Source: Octopus sinensis (taxonomy: Eukaryota). From it: a stretch of 64,000 nt of DNA. The translations under genes were made by a program, and so were the position numbers. The stretch's first letter is position 1. Every line of letters starts with the position of its first letter. This document shows positions 25,942-40,000 of this stretch, one piece after another. The stretch lies in NCBI RefSeq assembly GCF_006345805.1, contig NC_043006.1, positions 75,082,001-75,146,000 on the forward strand, given 5' to 3'. Under the pieces are notes generated by a model that made no database searches, was not told where the DNA came from, and saw nothing but the letters and a program-made list of their open reading frames with translations.

Positions 25942-26334
25942 CAGGAATTCTGGTGGAACATTCCCATCAAAACATCTGTCAAGTGTAAGCATAACAGGCC
26001 GGATATTGTTCTTTGGGACAGACAATAAAAAGTATGTACCGTCATAGAGGTCAGCTGTTCTGTTGATGTGAATATCTCTTTGAAAATCAAAGATAAAGAA
26101 GATAACTATGGACAACTGCTTTGAAACTTCCAGGTTTTACATTCGGATTACAAATTTGCATTCATACCAAAGATAATTTGAGCACTTGGTTTTACAAGTA
26201 AATACTTATATGTCAGTCTGGGTAAGCTTGGATTTTCAGGAAAAGAAATCAACCAACTGATTCGCACTTTACAAATACAATCTGTAAGCAGAGCAATAGA
26301 ACTATGCAAGACTTTTCTCATGTTTAAAATGTGA
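25942..26334 (+). mobile_element. RLE endonuclease-domain 3' fragment of a non-LTR retrotransposon
   Basis: EFWWNIPIKTSVKCKHNRPDIVLWD...VIEVSC...KEDNYGQL...LCKTFLMFKM*, with in-frame stops; preceded by (TACA)n. Confidence 0.82.
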
Positions 26335-26357
26335 CCATGTTTTATTTATCTGCATTC

Positions 26358-26467
<110 letters not shown>

Positions 26468-26563
26468 CGTTTCTTTGTTGGAAACCAGCTCCTTCGTCAG
26501 AGGAAGAATTTAAAGGACTGAAAACGGAAAACACACACACACACACACAAATATGCATGAATG

Positions 26564-26597
<34 letters not shown>

Positions 26598-26991
26598 TGT
26601 ATGTATGTATGTATGTATGATGCATATATATCTGTATTTGAGCGTGTGTTTGAGCATGTGTGTGTTTGTGTATGTGTGTGTGTAGATTGGAGACACGTGG
26701 CCTAGTGGTTAGGGTGTTGTAAAAACACGATCAGTAGGTCGTGGGTTTGAAACTCGAACTGAGCAGCACGCTGTGATTATTCAGCAAAATACTTCATTTT
26801 ACGTTGCTCTGCGACCATTTCGACATCCGATGTGTGGCAGCACGCTTGTGCCGCCATACAGGCGATGTGGTTTTAATGAAAAAAGTCCAAATATGTTCAA
26901 CACATACACTTGATCACTATAAACAAATCATTTGTGCAGGTTTTTCGGCAAAATTTCAACACCCATACGGCGTCTTCGACGAGAGATTCCA

Positions 26992-27051
<60 letters not shown>

Positions 27052-27224
27052 GCACGCACGCAAAGTTAACAATTGAATTTTTCAGAAATCGTCACTTCGA
27101 TTTTCACGAAACCGCGATTCAAGCAATAAAGCTTGGAGCAACGGCTTGTGAAGTGCTTTTCAGTGTCAATAAAACACACACTCTTTCTCTCTCTCACTCA
27201 ATCTCTCTGCCCATACATATACTC

Positions 27225-27603
27225 TTTTCTCTTTTGTTCGTTTCAGTCATTTGATTGCGGCCATGCTGGAGCATAGTCTTTTAGTCGAACAAATCGACCC
27301 CAGGACTTATTCTTTGTAAGCCTCGTACTTATTCTATCGGTCTCTTTTAACGAGCCGTTAAGTTACGTAGACGTAAACACACCAACATCGGCTGTCAAGT
27401 GATGGTGGGGGACAAATACAGACACACCCAAATTCATACTGTAGTCTCGGCTTCTTTCAGTTTCCGTCTACCAATTCCACTCACAAGGCTTTGGTCGGTC
27501 CGAGGCTATAGGAGAAGACACTTGCTCAAGGTGCCACGCAGTGGGACTGAACCCGGAACCACGTGGTTGGGAAGCTTCTTACCACACAGCTATGCCTTCG
27601 CCT
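27225..27603 (-). mobile_element. SINE family B
   Basis: Matches the consensus, reverse strand, with a short central spacer. Confidence 0.85.
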
Positions 27604-27732
27604 ATACATCTATCTATGTATCTATCTATCTATGTATCTATCTATCTATCTATCTGTCTATCTATCTGTCTGTCTATCTAACTGTTTATCTGGCTATCTA
27701 TCTCTTTATATCTATCTATCTATCTCTTTATG

Positions 27733-27789
<57 letters not shown>

Positions 27790-27834
27790 TTAGCTTGCTA
27801 TCTATCTATCTATCTATCTATCTATCTCTTTATG

Positions 27835-27911
<77 letters not shown>

Positions 27912-29122
27912 TTAGCTTGCTAGCTAGCTATATACATACACATACATAGATGTACACACAGAAACATCCACGCACATAATAGGACGTATTAGTGAAGGAA
28001 TTTTACATAATACATCACGAAATAATACTTAACGATGATTGCATATTCTGTGAAGGTCTGTAATCCAAGTTAGGCAATCATTTCATTTCTATGAACATAT
28101 ATGGGTGACAGAAACTTTTTCCGCCTTAAGTTAACACCTGTAGCTGTCAATCGCAATGAAAGACTTACAAACTAACCGGTAATTTTTTCATCGCATGTCA
28201 CTTTGATGTGACAAGGTCTGTATGAGTGTGTGTTTGTATGTAGGTATGTATGAATTTCTGTGCAAACCATTCTTTCGTTAATATACAGGCCTTTTATTTT
28301 ATCCATATTTGTTTATATACAGTTGATTATCTTTCTTACATTAAACCCTCTTTGTATCTCTTTGTCATTCTATCTCTCTTCTTCACGCAGACGAATGTAA
28401 TCCAGTTACATAATTCTAAACGTTGTGTACACATTCGCATACTTGTATATACTCGTATGTGTGTGTGTTTCAGAGAGAGAGAGAGAGAGCGTCTGAATGT
28501 GTATGTCCGTCTGTATATGTGTGCTTGCGCGCGCAAACTATTTGAATACAATCAGTGTTTTGTTATAGATGTTTAAAAATCAAACAGCATCAGGATGAAC
28601 ACGCTCGCATATGTAAATACAGACACGCACGCACAATTACACACTTACACACACTCTCCCTCTCTCTCTCTCTCACACACACACACACAACACACACATA
28701 CACCTTCATGCGCGCACAGTGACAAGTAAATAAAGAAGAGTGGGGGGAAATACACACTTAAAAGTCAGAAATAGTTGCGAAACAAAAATTACACCGAGGA
28801 AAGTAAAAGAATCGTATAAGAAAATAAACTAAGGAGAGGGGTAGACAGTGAGGGTGGAGACAGAGAGTGAAAAGAAAACTGAATATAAGAAAGAAGAAAG
28901 TTTTGTCTAAAAGTAAAGGAATAATATTTAATATATGGTGACGACGAAGGAAACGACAGACCAGCAAAAGGTGTCTGGAAACGACAGACCAGCAAAAGGT
29001 GTCTATACGTATAAACAGGCTTTTCTTCAGGTCTGCTATGTACATGAAAGATATGAAGAAATAATATAATTGATGAGAGAAAAGAACGGAACTTAAAACG
29101 CACCAGAATAACGAGTATACAC

Positions 29123-29153
<31 letters not shown>

Positions 29154-29347
29154 AAGCTGTTCTTACCTAGGTGTTAAGAGCTAATGAAACTTTATATCAA
29201 CAAGCACGGAGAAATAAATACAAGGGACTTTCACGATAGCAAGTGAATTTTTTTCTTTGATTCATTCATTACGGCGAGAAGCAAGCTTTTTAGGAAGGAA
29301 TGAGACACGCCGGTGAAACTTAATTTTGGCTGTCTTCCTTTGAGTGC

Positions 29348-29382
<35 letters not shown>

Positions 29383-29500
29383 CACACATCCCTCAAAACA
29401 AAAGCACGGTAAGACGAACCCTCAGCTGAGTTTGTAAGGAAAAACTATATACATATACATCCGCTCTTTAGATACATACATACATACATACATACATACA

Positions 29501-29533
<33 letters not shown>

Positions 29534-30055
29534 TTAAATGTTTTAAAGTATTTTTTAAATCACCAGTTTTTCTTTTCTTTTCCGTGTGAAGATTACAGAG
29601 GGAGTAAAAAAAAAAAAACTGTTTGCACTCCTACTTTACGCACCTATTTATTTCTGCTGATTTCTTTATCTTTCTTTGGAACACATTTCAAACCAAGTAA
29701 TCCGCTAAGTCAGATTTGCACAATAAACACAACAATTCCTTGACTTCTAAACCAGACGTAAACTAACACATTGGCTGATTAACAAACTAATTGATAGCTT
29801 CGTCAGTCTATTACTCCCTTTGACGTAGACATAACTGAGACTCATTCGCATCTCTCGTCTCTCATTCTCTCTCTCTCTCTGTAATATCTTTCTATTTCTT
29901 TCTCTCCCTCTTGCATCTTTCCTCTATTACTTTCACTTTTCTCTCATTCTCTCTCTTTCTTCTCTCCTTATTTTCCACCGTTTTCTCTCACCTTCGTTCT
30001 CACAAATATAATCAGATTTCCTCACACATCTATCATATATCTATCTATCTATCTA

Positions 30056-30136
<81 letters not shown>

Positions 30137-30161
30137 ATCTATCTATCTATCTATCTATCTA

Positions 30162-30271
<110 letters not shown>

Positions 30272-31226
30272 CACCCTACAATATATACATACACACATAC
30301 TTATACTTGAAATAAAATTAAATAAAAACAATTACATAAACAATTAAAATTTATTGAACTTTTATCTATTATAACTGGTAAAAATAGATAATTTAATACC
30401 ACAATTATATTTAAAACAACGAAATAAAAAAAACATTAATATAAACTAAATTGCTAATTAAACACACACACACACGCGCGCGCATGTGTATACACACACA
30501 ATTATGTAGCAAAAGGTACACACATGTAAAGGTAACCTATACACAAAGAAAGTCAATCATATAGATGTATAGTTATCTATCATACGAACAAATACACACA
30601 TAGATGCAGGCACACTCACACTAACGTAACCACAGGCACGCACGCTACAATACAGACTGAAGCAGCTACATAAACACACCCACGGATAAATACACACCTC
30701 AACGGTGACACGAAATCGCGCGCTCAGACACACAGACACAGCTGTACATTGAATGCGGACAGCGCATACACGCACATAATCATTTAATATTCATTTACGC
30801 ACACACGCACACACGTACACATACTTTCCCCTCGATATACGTACAAAATCGATCAATTTCCATTCAATATAACACGCATACATATATAAACACTTTTTTT
30901 TTTCCGCGAACACACAAACACAAACACGCGCACACATATATCGCCATTCATACATACACATATACTGTCATTCACACACGTAAACATCTACCGTCACTCA
31001 CACACGTATACACATACCGTCATTGATACACGCACACACACATACAGACACATGCACACATAAATATACCGTCATTGACACACAGACACATATAGTTTGT
31101 CTTCCCCCCCAAAAAAAAACACATACATACACGCAACTATACATCATCAATACAGACGAACTGAAGCGACCGCATTCACCGTCTTTCTCCGCTAAAATCC
31201 TCATAAAAATAATACAGAGGGAAAAC

Positions 31227-31682
31227 ATGGCGGACAGCAGAAGCGAAGGCATCGCTCTGGAGGCACCGAAACACGAAAAGAGACCTCGAGACAGTATTCT
31301 AGTCCAAGAATCTAAGGACGAACTAACAGATCTACCCAGTGAGGCCAAACGAAACAGCTCGTCCCGTTTTAAAGTGCATCGTGTCTCCATTGCCGAACCG
31401 TGCGAAGATGAAGACGATAGCGCTCCTCCACAGCAACACTATCGCTATAGTATTGATAGCGGTAGCGAGAGAATCCTTGACTCGCCACATGGAACCTTTT
31501 CTTTCAGTCCATCGGACACTTACAGGACTCATTCGTACGATACGAGTAATCTGAAGACATTTGGAGGTAACACACACGAGGCCATTCCTCACTTGGACCA
31601 TTATAGGAATCTTTTATCAACTACAGCAGCGTTAAAATCACGCCCGACTCTTCAGGAACTTCATGAAGGTAAACTGCCAACG
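31227..31682 (+). CDS. SLC12A2: First coding exon of an SLC12A1/2/3-family (NKCC-like) Na-K-Cl cotransporter; partial gene, exact vertebrate ortholog uncertain
   Basis: ATG in aaaacATGG at 31227. Translation MADSRSEG...SRFKV...TSNLKTFGGNTHEAIPHLDHYRNLLSTTAALKSRPTLQELHEGKLPT matches the NKCC N-terminal motif (TFGxNTxxAxPxxDHYRN...RPxLxELH) and contains an RFxV SPAK/OSR1 docking motif. Ends at donor ACG|GTAAGT (phase 0); an alternative AG|GTAAAC follows 31668. Confidence 0.9.
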
Positions 31683-32393
31683 GTAAGTTAGTCAACCCTA
31701 CCAACCTCACCAACTTTCATTCACTCGTTTATTTTATATGTAAACATATATTCAATTTCCTGCTCTCTGGACTTCGTTTCTTATTAACACTGTATTCATT
31801 CACTGGGCTATAGTTTTGCGTATTCTAATCCAGTCTGAATTGCTTTTGTCCGTGTCTCGATTACCACATATTTGAAAGAGTCAGCCCCTTTAAATGGTGA
31901 CGTTTATGGCACGGGTTCATCGGAAGAGATGGTCCAGGCATGCCCTTGTCGTATGTTCATACGCCATTTCTGACTGACCAGAAACTCTTTCTTTCTTTTA
32001 TTTTTACTCTCATACATACTCATATACACGCATAGACAATTATCACTATGTATATATATACCCACGCCGCTTTGTACACGCGCAGACTTCCACATGCGCA
32101 ATATCAGCAGTTGCCACATACATATAAACACACTTACACCGAATATCTTTCTCTTTTTCTTTCTTTCGCTTTCTTTCATTCACGAATGTGTGTATGTACA
32201 GACGTACTTACACATATGAACGTTTGTATATATATATATATATATAATATATATATACAAATTGAGATAGGGGTTGTATGTTTTTATGTTTAACCCTACA
32301 GTCTCTTATGTGGTGGTTTAATAAAGTATGTGATTGAGTATTATCTGGTAATTGATATTTGATTTAGATGTATTTCTCCATTTTCTTATCTTG

Positions 32394-32429
<36 letters not shown>

Positions 32430-35400
32430 ATATATATATATGTTTTTATGTGTGTAAAATTAAGTGTCCAATAATTAGCGGTCAGTAGTGATAGAAAGTG
32501 AACATGATGAAATGCAAGCCTGAAAAACTGACAGGAATTATTTGTGGTAATGATTATTATGGACACACACACACACACACAGAACACACAAACTAGTGTA
32601 TATATGTGTGTATGTAGGCATAAGACAGTGCAAGGATAGGAATATAAACGCATTATATATATATTAAGGTCGTGCTCCATTATGGCCGCAGTCAAATGAT
32701 TGAAACAAGTAAAAAAAAGAATAATAAGAATATATATACATATACACACATGGAGAGAAAGAAGGAGAAAGGAGAAAAAAAAGAATCAAATATCTGAAAG
32801 ATAGAGAGAAAGAAATAGCGAAAGACTAAGCTGTGTTTACATTATTGTGGTAGCGAAGGTTTGTTCACATGAAAAACTGGCATCAGACTTGCCATGTAAA
32901 TATCACAAGCCCTTCATACACCCACACGTATATTATACACACACACAATCTATATACATATATTTTCAGAAGTTAATTTTTTATGGACAAGAACAAAGAT
33001 TCCTTTCATATCCACGACTTTCTAAAAGCATTTTATTGAGCTTGAGGAAATGGGGATTTGTGATGTTCATACAGAATTTATACTAGCCATTTTTTTTTTC
33101 TGTACAAGAAGTCCCTATTTTATTTATTAGAAGTATCTTCTCTCATAACTATCTAGTGTACCAATTGTAATTACTATCTAAATATATATTTTTAAAAAAT
33201 CCATTCAGCTTGTTTCCCTGTGTAACAAAATAAATAAATTATCAAGTGTTGGCAAGAAATTATATAATTGTTTCTATTATCTTAAAAAAAAATGTATAAA
33301 GCTCAGTAAAATTTCGTTTAATTACACTATGAAAGAAATAGGAATTGTTATTACTTCGTTCTGTCTTCTCAACTTCGATGTTTACCCAGGAAAAAGTTTA
33401 CATTTAATATATAACTTAGGAGGGGGGGATCATTACGTAAAAGGTTTTAATTCTTTTAATAAGTAATTATGGAAAAATTCATCTAATTGTTATTAGATTA
33501 ATTTAGCTGTCGTTTTTGACCGCATAGGTGATAATATTGATTACTAACAATTGACATAATGCCACATTTTGCGGGAAGGGCTAGTAAATGAAATCGACCT
33601 TGGTTTTTGAGTGAAACTTTATCGCAATTTCTCCCACTCAGTCAGACCATGAAAAGCGAAGTTGATGACCCCGACGGGATTTGAAATCGGAACGAATCCC
33701 GCCGAGGTCAACTTTCCGTTCATTCTTCCGGAGTTAAGATTTAACCGACTGTGTACATCACCATCCTGTTCTATAAGACAAGTTGATAAAATTGAATTGT
33801 ATTAATTACCTTCCGTAAAGCCGAATATTTAAGGAGGAAGACAAAAAAACAAGGAGGAAACGAATATCTCCCCTACTTGAACCAACCAATCGAAACTATA
33901 TCCGTTATGTATTTTACACGCACTGCACTGCATATATCTATAATGTTATAGGGATGGTTTGTAAATCGTACAGAACCTTGTCTGTGCATGCTTTAAAGCA
34001 GGGTGAGTCCCTGCTTTAAAGCAATTTTTGAGCAACACGTCTCTCTCCTCCCCGGCGTCAATTCATTTGTGGTTTGCTTACTAATAAGATTAGGTGGGAA
34101 AACCTTGCTTTGTTGTATTATATGTCGCTCACTTAAAAGTACGTACCCAACGAACTTCGTTGAGTCATGACTCGAGATGTTTCAATATCACTTCGATTAT
34201 ACTTCCTGAGTAAAGCATGAGTGTCATGTATTTGACATTTCGCTTGCTTTTTATTTACTGAAAGAGGTTAAAACATATTTTATCGGTGTAAAATACTCAA
34301 TATGATTCTTCAAGTTTTTTTTTTCTTTTGTCGTGGCGCAAGTATATTAAAGATGATGCAAGGACTGTGTATGTTATGGTTTTTGGAGAAAAAGCTAACG
34401 AAAACAAGACAAAAAATCATAATTAACTAAAGTAATGTTGAGATTCATTAAACAAACTATCTCCTGCATTGCTTTTAATTTATACTCCTTTTTAAAATAG
34501 GAATGAATACACGTTGGGCGTCTTTCTCACTGGGGACATTAGAAAAACAAATAGAAACTTGAAAGGTGACACTGAGAAATTTACGCCGCTAAAATATGTT
34601 TTAGACACGCAAGGTCTTTATATATATATATCTTTTTCCCACGGAGTCTTCTTTGTTGTTTTTTGTTTATCCCACTCCTGTTTTCCATAACATTTCCGGA
34701 ACCATCCTTGAATGATTATAATTATTAAATTGTCCATGCTTCTTTTCGGTTACATCGATATCATTTTGTTATCGACAAAACCCTCGCTTATATCACCACC
34801 ACCACCACCACAACCACCACCATTATGTAGCCAACGTCCGAAAATTAAATGATTTCTTGTTCTCGTTTTATTGTGTTGCTGATTAATTAAACAGCTTTGG
34901 CTTGCTGAGTTAATAAAAGCAGAACTGAATTACTTCATTCCAAAAACATTGCTACTGTTTTCAAAACACCCACATCTCATCAACACAGCCGACACTTCAT
35001 TCTGCTTTCTTACTCTCTCTGTTTTTCACTGCGACTCAATTAGTCACTCTTTCTCTCTCCCCCACTCTCTCACACTTTCTCTTCTGCAATTCTTATCAGT
35101 CTTTCTAATTTCTCTCCTTCTCTATTAGTCACCGTCTCTTTTTATGTCTGTCTCTCTTTAATTCCTCTGTCTCTCTATTTTCTTTTTTCCTGTTAGCCAC
35201 GTCGTTTCTCTCTTTTCCTCCTTTTCTGTCCACTTTTATTCCTCCCAGTCTCTCTATTATTTTGTCTCTCACTATCTATCTCTTATTCATTACAGTATCT
35301 TTATTTTTCTCTCCCCCTCTGTTAGTCCTTTATATCTTTCTCTACCCATCTTTCTGCTCTCTAACATCTCACAGTCTTTCTGTATTTCTCACTCCCTTTC

Positions 35401-37195
35401 ACCTCTGTTAGTCACATTTTTCTCTTTATATCTCAATTTTTCTTTCCTCAAATTCCCCCCTCTCTCTCTGCCTGCTTTCTTTGGCATTCACAAATTGTAT
35501 TCCCTCGTATCCCCTCTTTCATTCCCCTCGATTCTCTCTTTGCCCAGCTTTTCCCTTATTCATCTGTCAGGCATTATATCTCTCTCGTTTTTATCTCTTT
35601 CACCGCTTGTCTATCTATCCCCTCCTTTTAAACTCCATGACTTTCACTTTTACTGTTGGCTTTTCATACCGCTTCTCCCTCTTCCCTTATCCAGGGGCTT
35701 ATGATTAATGCTTACTTATATAATAATAATCACAAGGCAACAGATTAACAAGAGGAAAGGGAATAAAATCATGTACTTTCATGTCTGCTCGTGCGTTATT
35801 TACGTAAGTTTATACGTAGACTGACTGACTTAACAATACTACAATCAACGAATCGAAGCTAGTCACCGGTATTTTAACTTTCATTCATGTGGTATTCCTA
35901 CTGGTAAATTTAATACATCTATTGTTACTGTTTTAACCGTAGATCATCTCTGATACATCAGACCCTCAAAAGGTGTTCCAGCTAAGAACATAACAGTTTT
36001 TATTCCGAAACAATGTCAAGATTACGATATCGTCTCTCTCTCTTTCTCTCTCGCTTTTCCTTTTTTTTTTTTTTTTAGACGATAAGATGTGATCGACTGC
36101 TATTTTTAACTGGTTAAGTGACCGCATAGCGGCTTCCTCGTTGTTTTAATTGTTGCTGCCTGGTCCCAGGACAGCTCTCATCTACCAGACCTATAATCAA
36201 GAGCGTTCCAACCGTGACCATTCTGTCTTATTTAGTATAGCTTATATGAAACTACATTCTCCCAATGCATTCACTCTTTTACTGGGGCTACGGCTGTGGT
36301 GTGGCTGCGGCTGTGCTGGGGCACCGCCTCGAAGGTGTTTTAGTCGATATGATTCTACCTCTGTACTCATCTTAAGCCTGCTACTTATTCTGTCGGTTCT
36401 CTTTGTCGATCAGCTGAGTTACAGGGGGTATAAATAAACCAACACCAAGTGGTATGAAACGCACAAACACGAAGTCACATACATACATACATACGTACAT
36501 CCATCCATACATACACACGTATTATATACGACTGGCTTCCATACAGTTTCCGTTAAATAAATTTACTTGCAGGCCCCTATTTTTTTACAAGACAGTTGAG
36601 TGTTATTTGGTTGCTATCGTTTGCAAACCGAGGGGCCGCATAGAGAGAAAGAGAGAAGGGATGCAGTGGAGTGGGGCCCGCTCCGTCGTTGGTTCCTGAC
36701 AAACATCTGTTACACAAACTTTACCATTGCTTGTATAGTCTACTCCGGCTAAATCTGTGTGTGTGGCGTACAAAGGAATATGTACTATTAATAATGTAAG
36801 AATTTAGCCTTGCTATTGTAGTATTTAAGCAATCAGTATTTGGAATACTTGGCTAAAAGCATTATCTCAGTTGACCAAACAACCCAATACGAGATTTATC
36901 GAAGTGTGCGCGTGTTTATTTGTTTATCTGCGTAAGCCTTATGTAGATATTAGCACCATATCTTGTCGAAAACACCGGTTTTCATCGGTTCAACGAACTT
37001 ATGCAACGTCCAACCTAATTACTTCTTAGAGGAGTGATCGCTTGGGAATCCTAGGTGCTTGTAAGCATCACCTTGAGTTTATGAATGCGTGTTGCTTAGT
37101 GGTTATGTACTCCTCTCATGATTATAATGTCGTTAGTTCGATTCTTGCATCAGGCGGGGCATCGTGTCTTTGAGCAAGGCAGTTTAGATGTTGGG

Positions 37196-37290
37196 GGTAA
37201 AGAATACGCACACCACCCGTTTTCAGCGTAAAACCCCTAATACAAAATCTTAACCCTAACCCTAAACACCGGGTGTGCGTATTCTTTACC
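37196..37290. repeat. 95-bp mini inverted-repeat element with internal TAACCC repeats
   Basis: Perfect 19-bp inverted repeat ggtaaagaatacgcacacc / ggtgtgcgtattctttacc enclosing ttaaccctaaccctaaac. Confidence 0.8.
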
Positions 37291-37524
37291 TTCGCCGTTT
37301 AGTTAATACTGACACGGAGTGGGGGGGAGGGCACTTTGGAAACTTCGGAGCTTGTAAGCATTACCTTGAGTTTGTGAAGGTACATAGTCTAGCGGATAGG
37401 TACTCTGCTCACGATCTTAAGGTTAAGGGTTCAGTTCCTGGATCGGGTAGCTCTTCATTTCACATTGCTCCAGTCCACTTAGCTGCATATGAGTACCAAA
37501 CCAGCTGTCGCATTCTGTATATAA

Positions 37525-38196
37525 ATACCTATTTCTTTACTACCCACAAGGGGCTAAACACAGAGAGAACAAACAAGGACAGGCACACGGATTAAGTCGA
37601 TTACATCGACCCCAGTGCGTAACCGGTACTTAATTTATCGATCCCGAAAGGATAAAAGGCAAAGTCGACCTCGGCGGAATTTGAACTCAGAACGTAACGG
37701 CAGACGAAATACCGCAAAGCATTTCGCCCGGCGTGCTAACGATTCTGCCAGCTCGCCGCCTTATCTGTATATAAATACCTATTTCTTTATTACCCACAAG
37801 GGGCTAAACATAGAGGGGACAAACAAGGACAGACAAACGGGTTAAGTCGATTATATCGACCCCAGTGCGTAACTGGTACTTATTTTATCGACCCTGAAAG
37901 GATGAAAGGCAAAGTCGACCTCGGCGGAATTTGAACTCACAACGTAACGACAGACGAAATACCTATTTCTTTATTACCCACAAGGGGCTAAACATAGAGG
38001 GGACAAACATGGACAGACATAGGTATTAAGTCGATTATATCGACCCCAGTGCTTAACTGGTACTTAATTTATCGACCCCGAAAGGATGAAAGGCAAAGTC
38101 GACCTCGGCGGAATTTGAACTCAGAACGTAACGGCAGACGAAATACCGCAAAGCATTTCGCCCGGCGTGCTAACGATTCTGCCAGCTCGTCGCCTT
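37525..38196 (-). mobile_element. Head-to-tail trimer of SINE family A
   Basis: Three units starting atacctatttcttta(c/t)tacccacaagggg at ~37525, ~37774 and ~37959; the middle unit is 5'-truncated. Confidence 0.9.
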
Positions 38197-39804
38197 TTAT
38201 TCTGTCTATAAATACCATCCAGCTGTCACGTTCTGCAATGTTTCGCTGAGTCCAAGGGTAATGAGATCCGAGAGGGTAATATGTCTCTACACCCGACTAC
38301 ACGGACACCTGAAGCAATTAGCGAGAATATGATACGTGTTACCATGCCATGTGTGCTTACGAGTAACAACTGCCTGTACTGTACTTACGTGTGTTGCAAC
38401 AAGATATATGTTTGTGTTGGTGTTATTGTTGTTTAACCCCAGGTCAGTCCTGATCGAGCTGACTCATGATCAAAGACATTCTTGCGGTTACCACCCTGTC
38501 TCTTTCCTATGTTCAGGTAACACAGAATTACGTGATTTGAAGGGAAATTGGTGTCTATTTGTAGCATGAGGAGGAATCCACTTTGTGGTTTCCACGTTTA
38601 TAGCCAAATGTGCGTTGTTGTTTAGCATTGTGTTGATCCGCCCTGACTGAACACACTTGTAACGAAAGATTGGGATCATTCCGTGATCAACCCTTCTTTC
38701 TCTATGTGAGGAATTTTACTACATTGTTCAATGTACCCTTCATTTTAGAAGTAGCGTGTGGGTTGTGGGAAATGTAATTGCAATGTAGGATAAAATACAT
38801 TCTAGTCATGACCATCCCGTCTACTTAGGCCTATCTAGGATTACTTTATACAATGTAACTTCTCCCACATTTTTTAAAGAGGAGTGCGAAATTTGAGTGC
38901 AGTTTGTTTGCTATTTTTAGCAGGACTATGGAGGCTCATTCGTCGGCCCTATATATATATAATGTTGTATACTCAGGCTTATCTAGAATTACCTCATGTA
39001 AGGTGCCCTCCTCTGCTTTCTCTTCAAACAGTAGACTGTAATTTGAAAGCGATTTGTTTGCTATATTTAGCAGGTCGATTGACCATTTACAGACTCGCTC
39101 ATCAGCTGTTATAATGTTAAGATGTGTGTGCAGTTAGTATTACAGATTACTTGCTCTTTTCAAGGGATATATTAAGCAATAACGAAGGGATCTCTCTCTT
39201 CTTTCTTTCTCCAGATATTTTCATTGACTCCCGTTTCACTTTTCACTATGTTCATCTTTCATTTCTCCATTCACGTTTTCCCCCTATACTCACGTTTCAT
39301 TCGCTGCTCATTCTTGCTAATTACGATATCACCAACCGTCTTAACCGAATTCTAGTGATTATATTTAATAAAGTTGCTTTTAGTTTTTACCAGTTTGTTT
39401 CGTATATAACCGATCTTAATGATGTAATCGATACATTCAAATAATTAAAAACAAAATCGTTTGTCGTGACTAACTGAAAATACCAGTGATAAATGTTATT
39501 GGTATGTAATAAATAAATGCGTGTGCGTGTGTGTGATACAAGCAGTGTCCATTCATTATTCTAGGGAAACCCGTTTGGATATGGGGAAGTATTACCTTAC
39601 TTGGAAACACAGTAAGGCAGTAAGGGCATCCGACTTCAGAAAATCTGCCTCAATGAACTTCGTACTACATAAAAAAGTGGACGTTAAGAGATGATTATAG
39701 TAACGTATATAGTATAAATACACATTTGTATATAGATATACATTTATACACACACGTATGCGTATTTATATACATACACACACACATATATAAATATACA
39801 CACT

Positions 39805-40000
39805 GTGCCGGTGGCACGTAAAAAGCACCCACTACACTCACGGAGTGATTGGCGTTAGGAAGGGCATCCAGCCGTAGAAACATTGTCAGATCAGACTGGG
39901 CCTGGTGCAGCCTTCTGGCTCCCCAGACCCCAGTTGAACCGTCCAACCCATGCTAGCATGGAAGGCGGACGCTAAACGATGATGATGATGATGATGATGA
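39805..40000 (+). mobile_element. SINE/LINE 3' module family D with (GAT)n tail (also 52170-52380 +, 59132-59365 +, 50700-50880 -, 60715-60915 -)
   Basis: ggcgttaggaagggcatccagccgtagaaa ... ccaacccatgctagcatggaa(a/g)gcggacg(c/t)taaa(c/t)gatgatgat is repeated at these loci. Confidence 0.85.

Noticed and set aside
31023-31226. Upstream extension of the SLC12 ORF given in the track (TTG start)
   Set aside because: It translates CA-rich low-complexity sequence; the ATG at 31227 has a good Kozak context.
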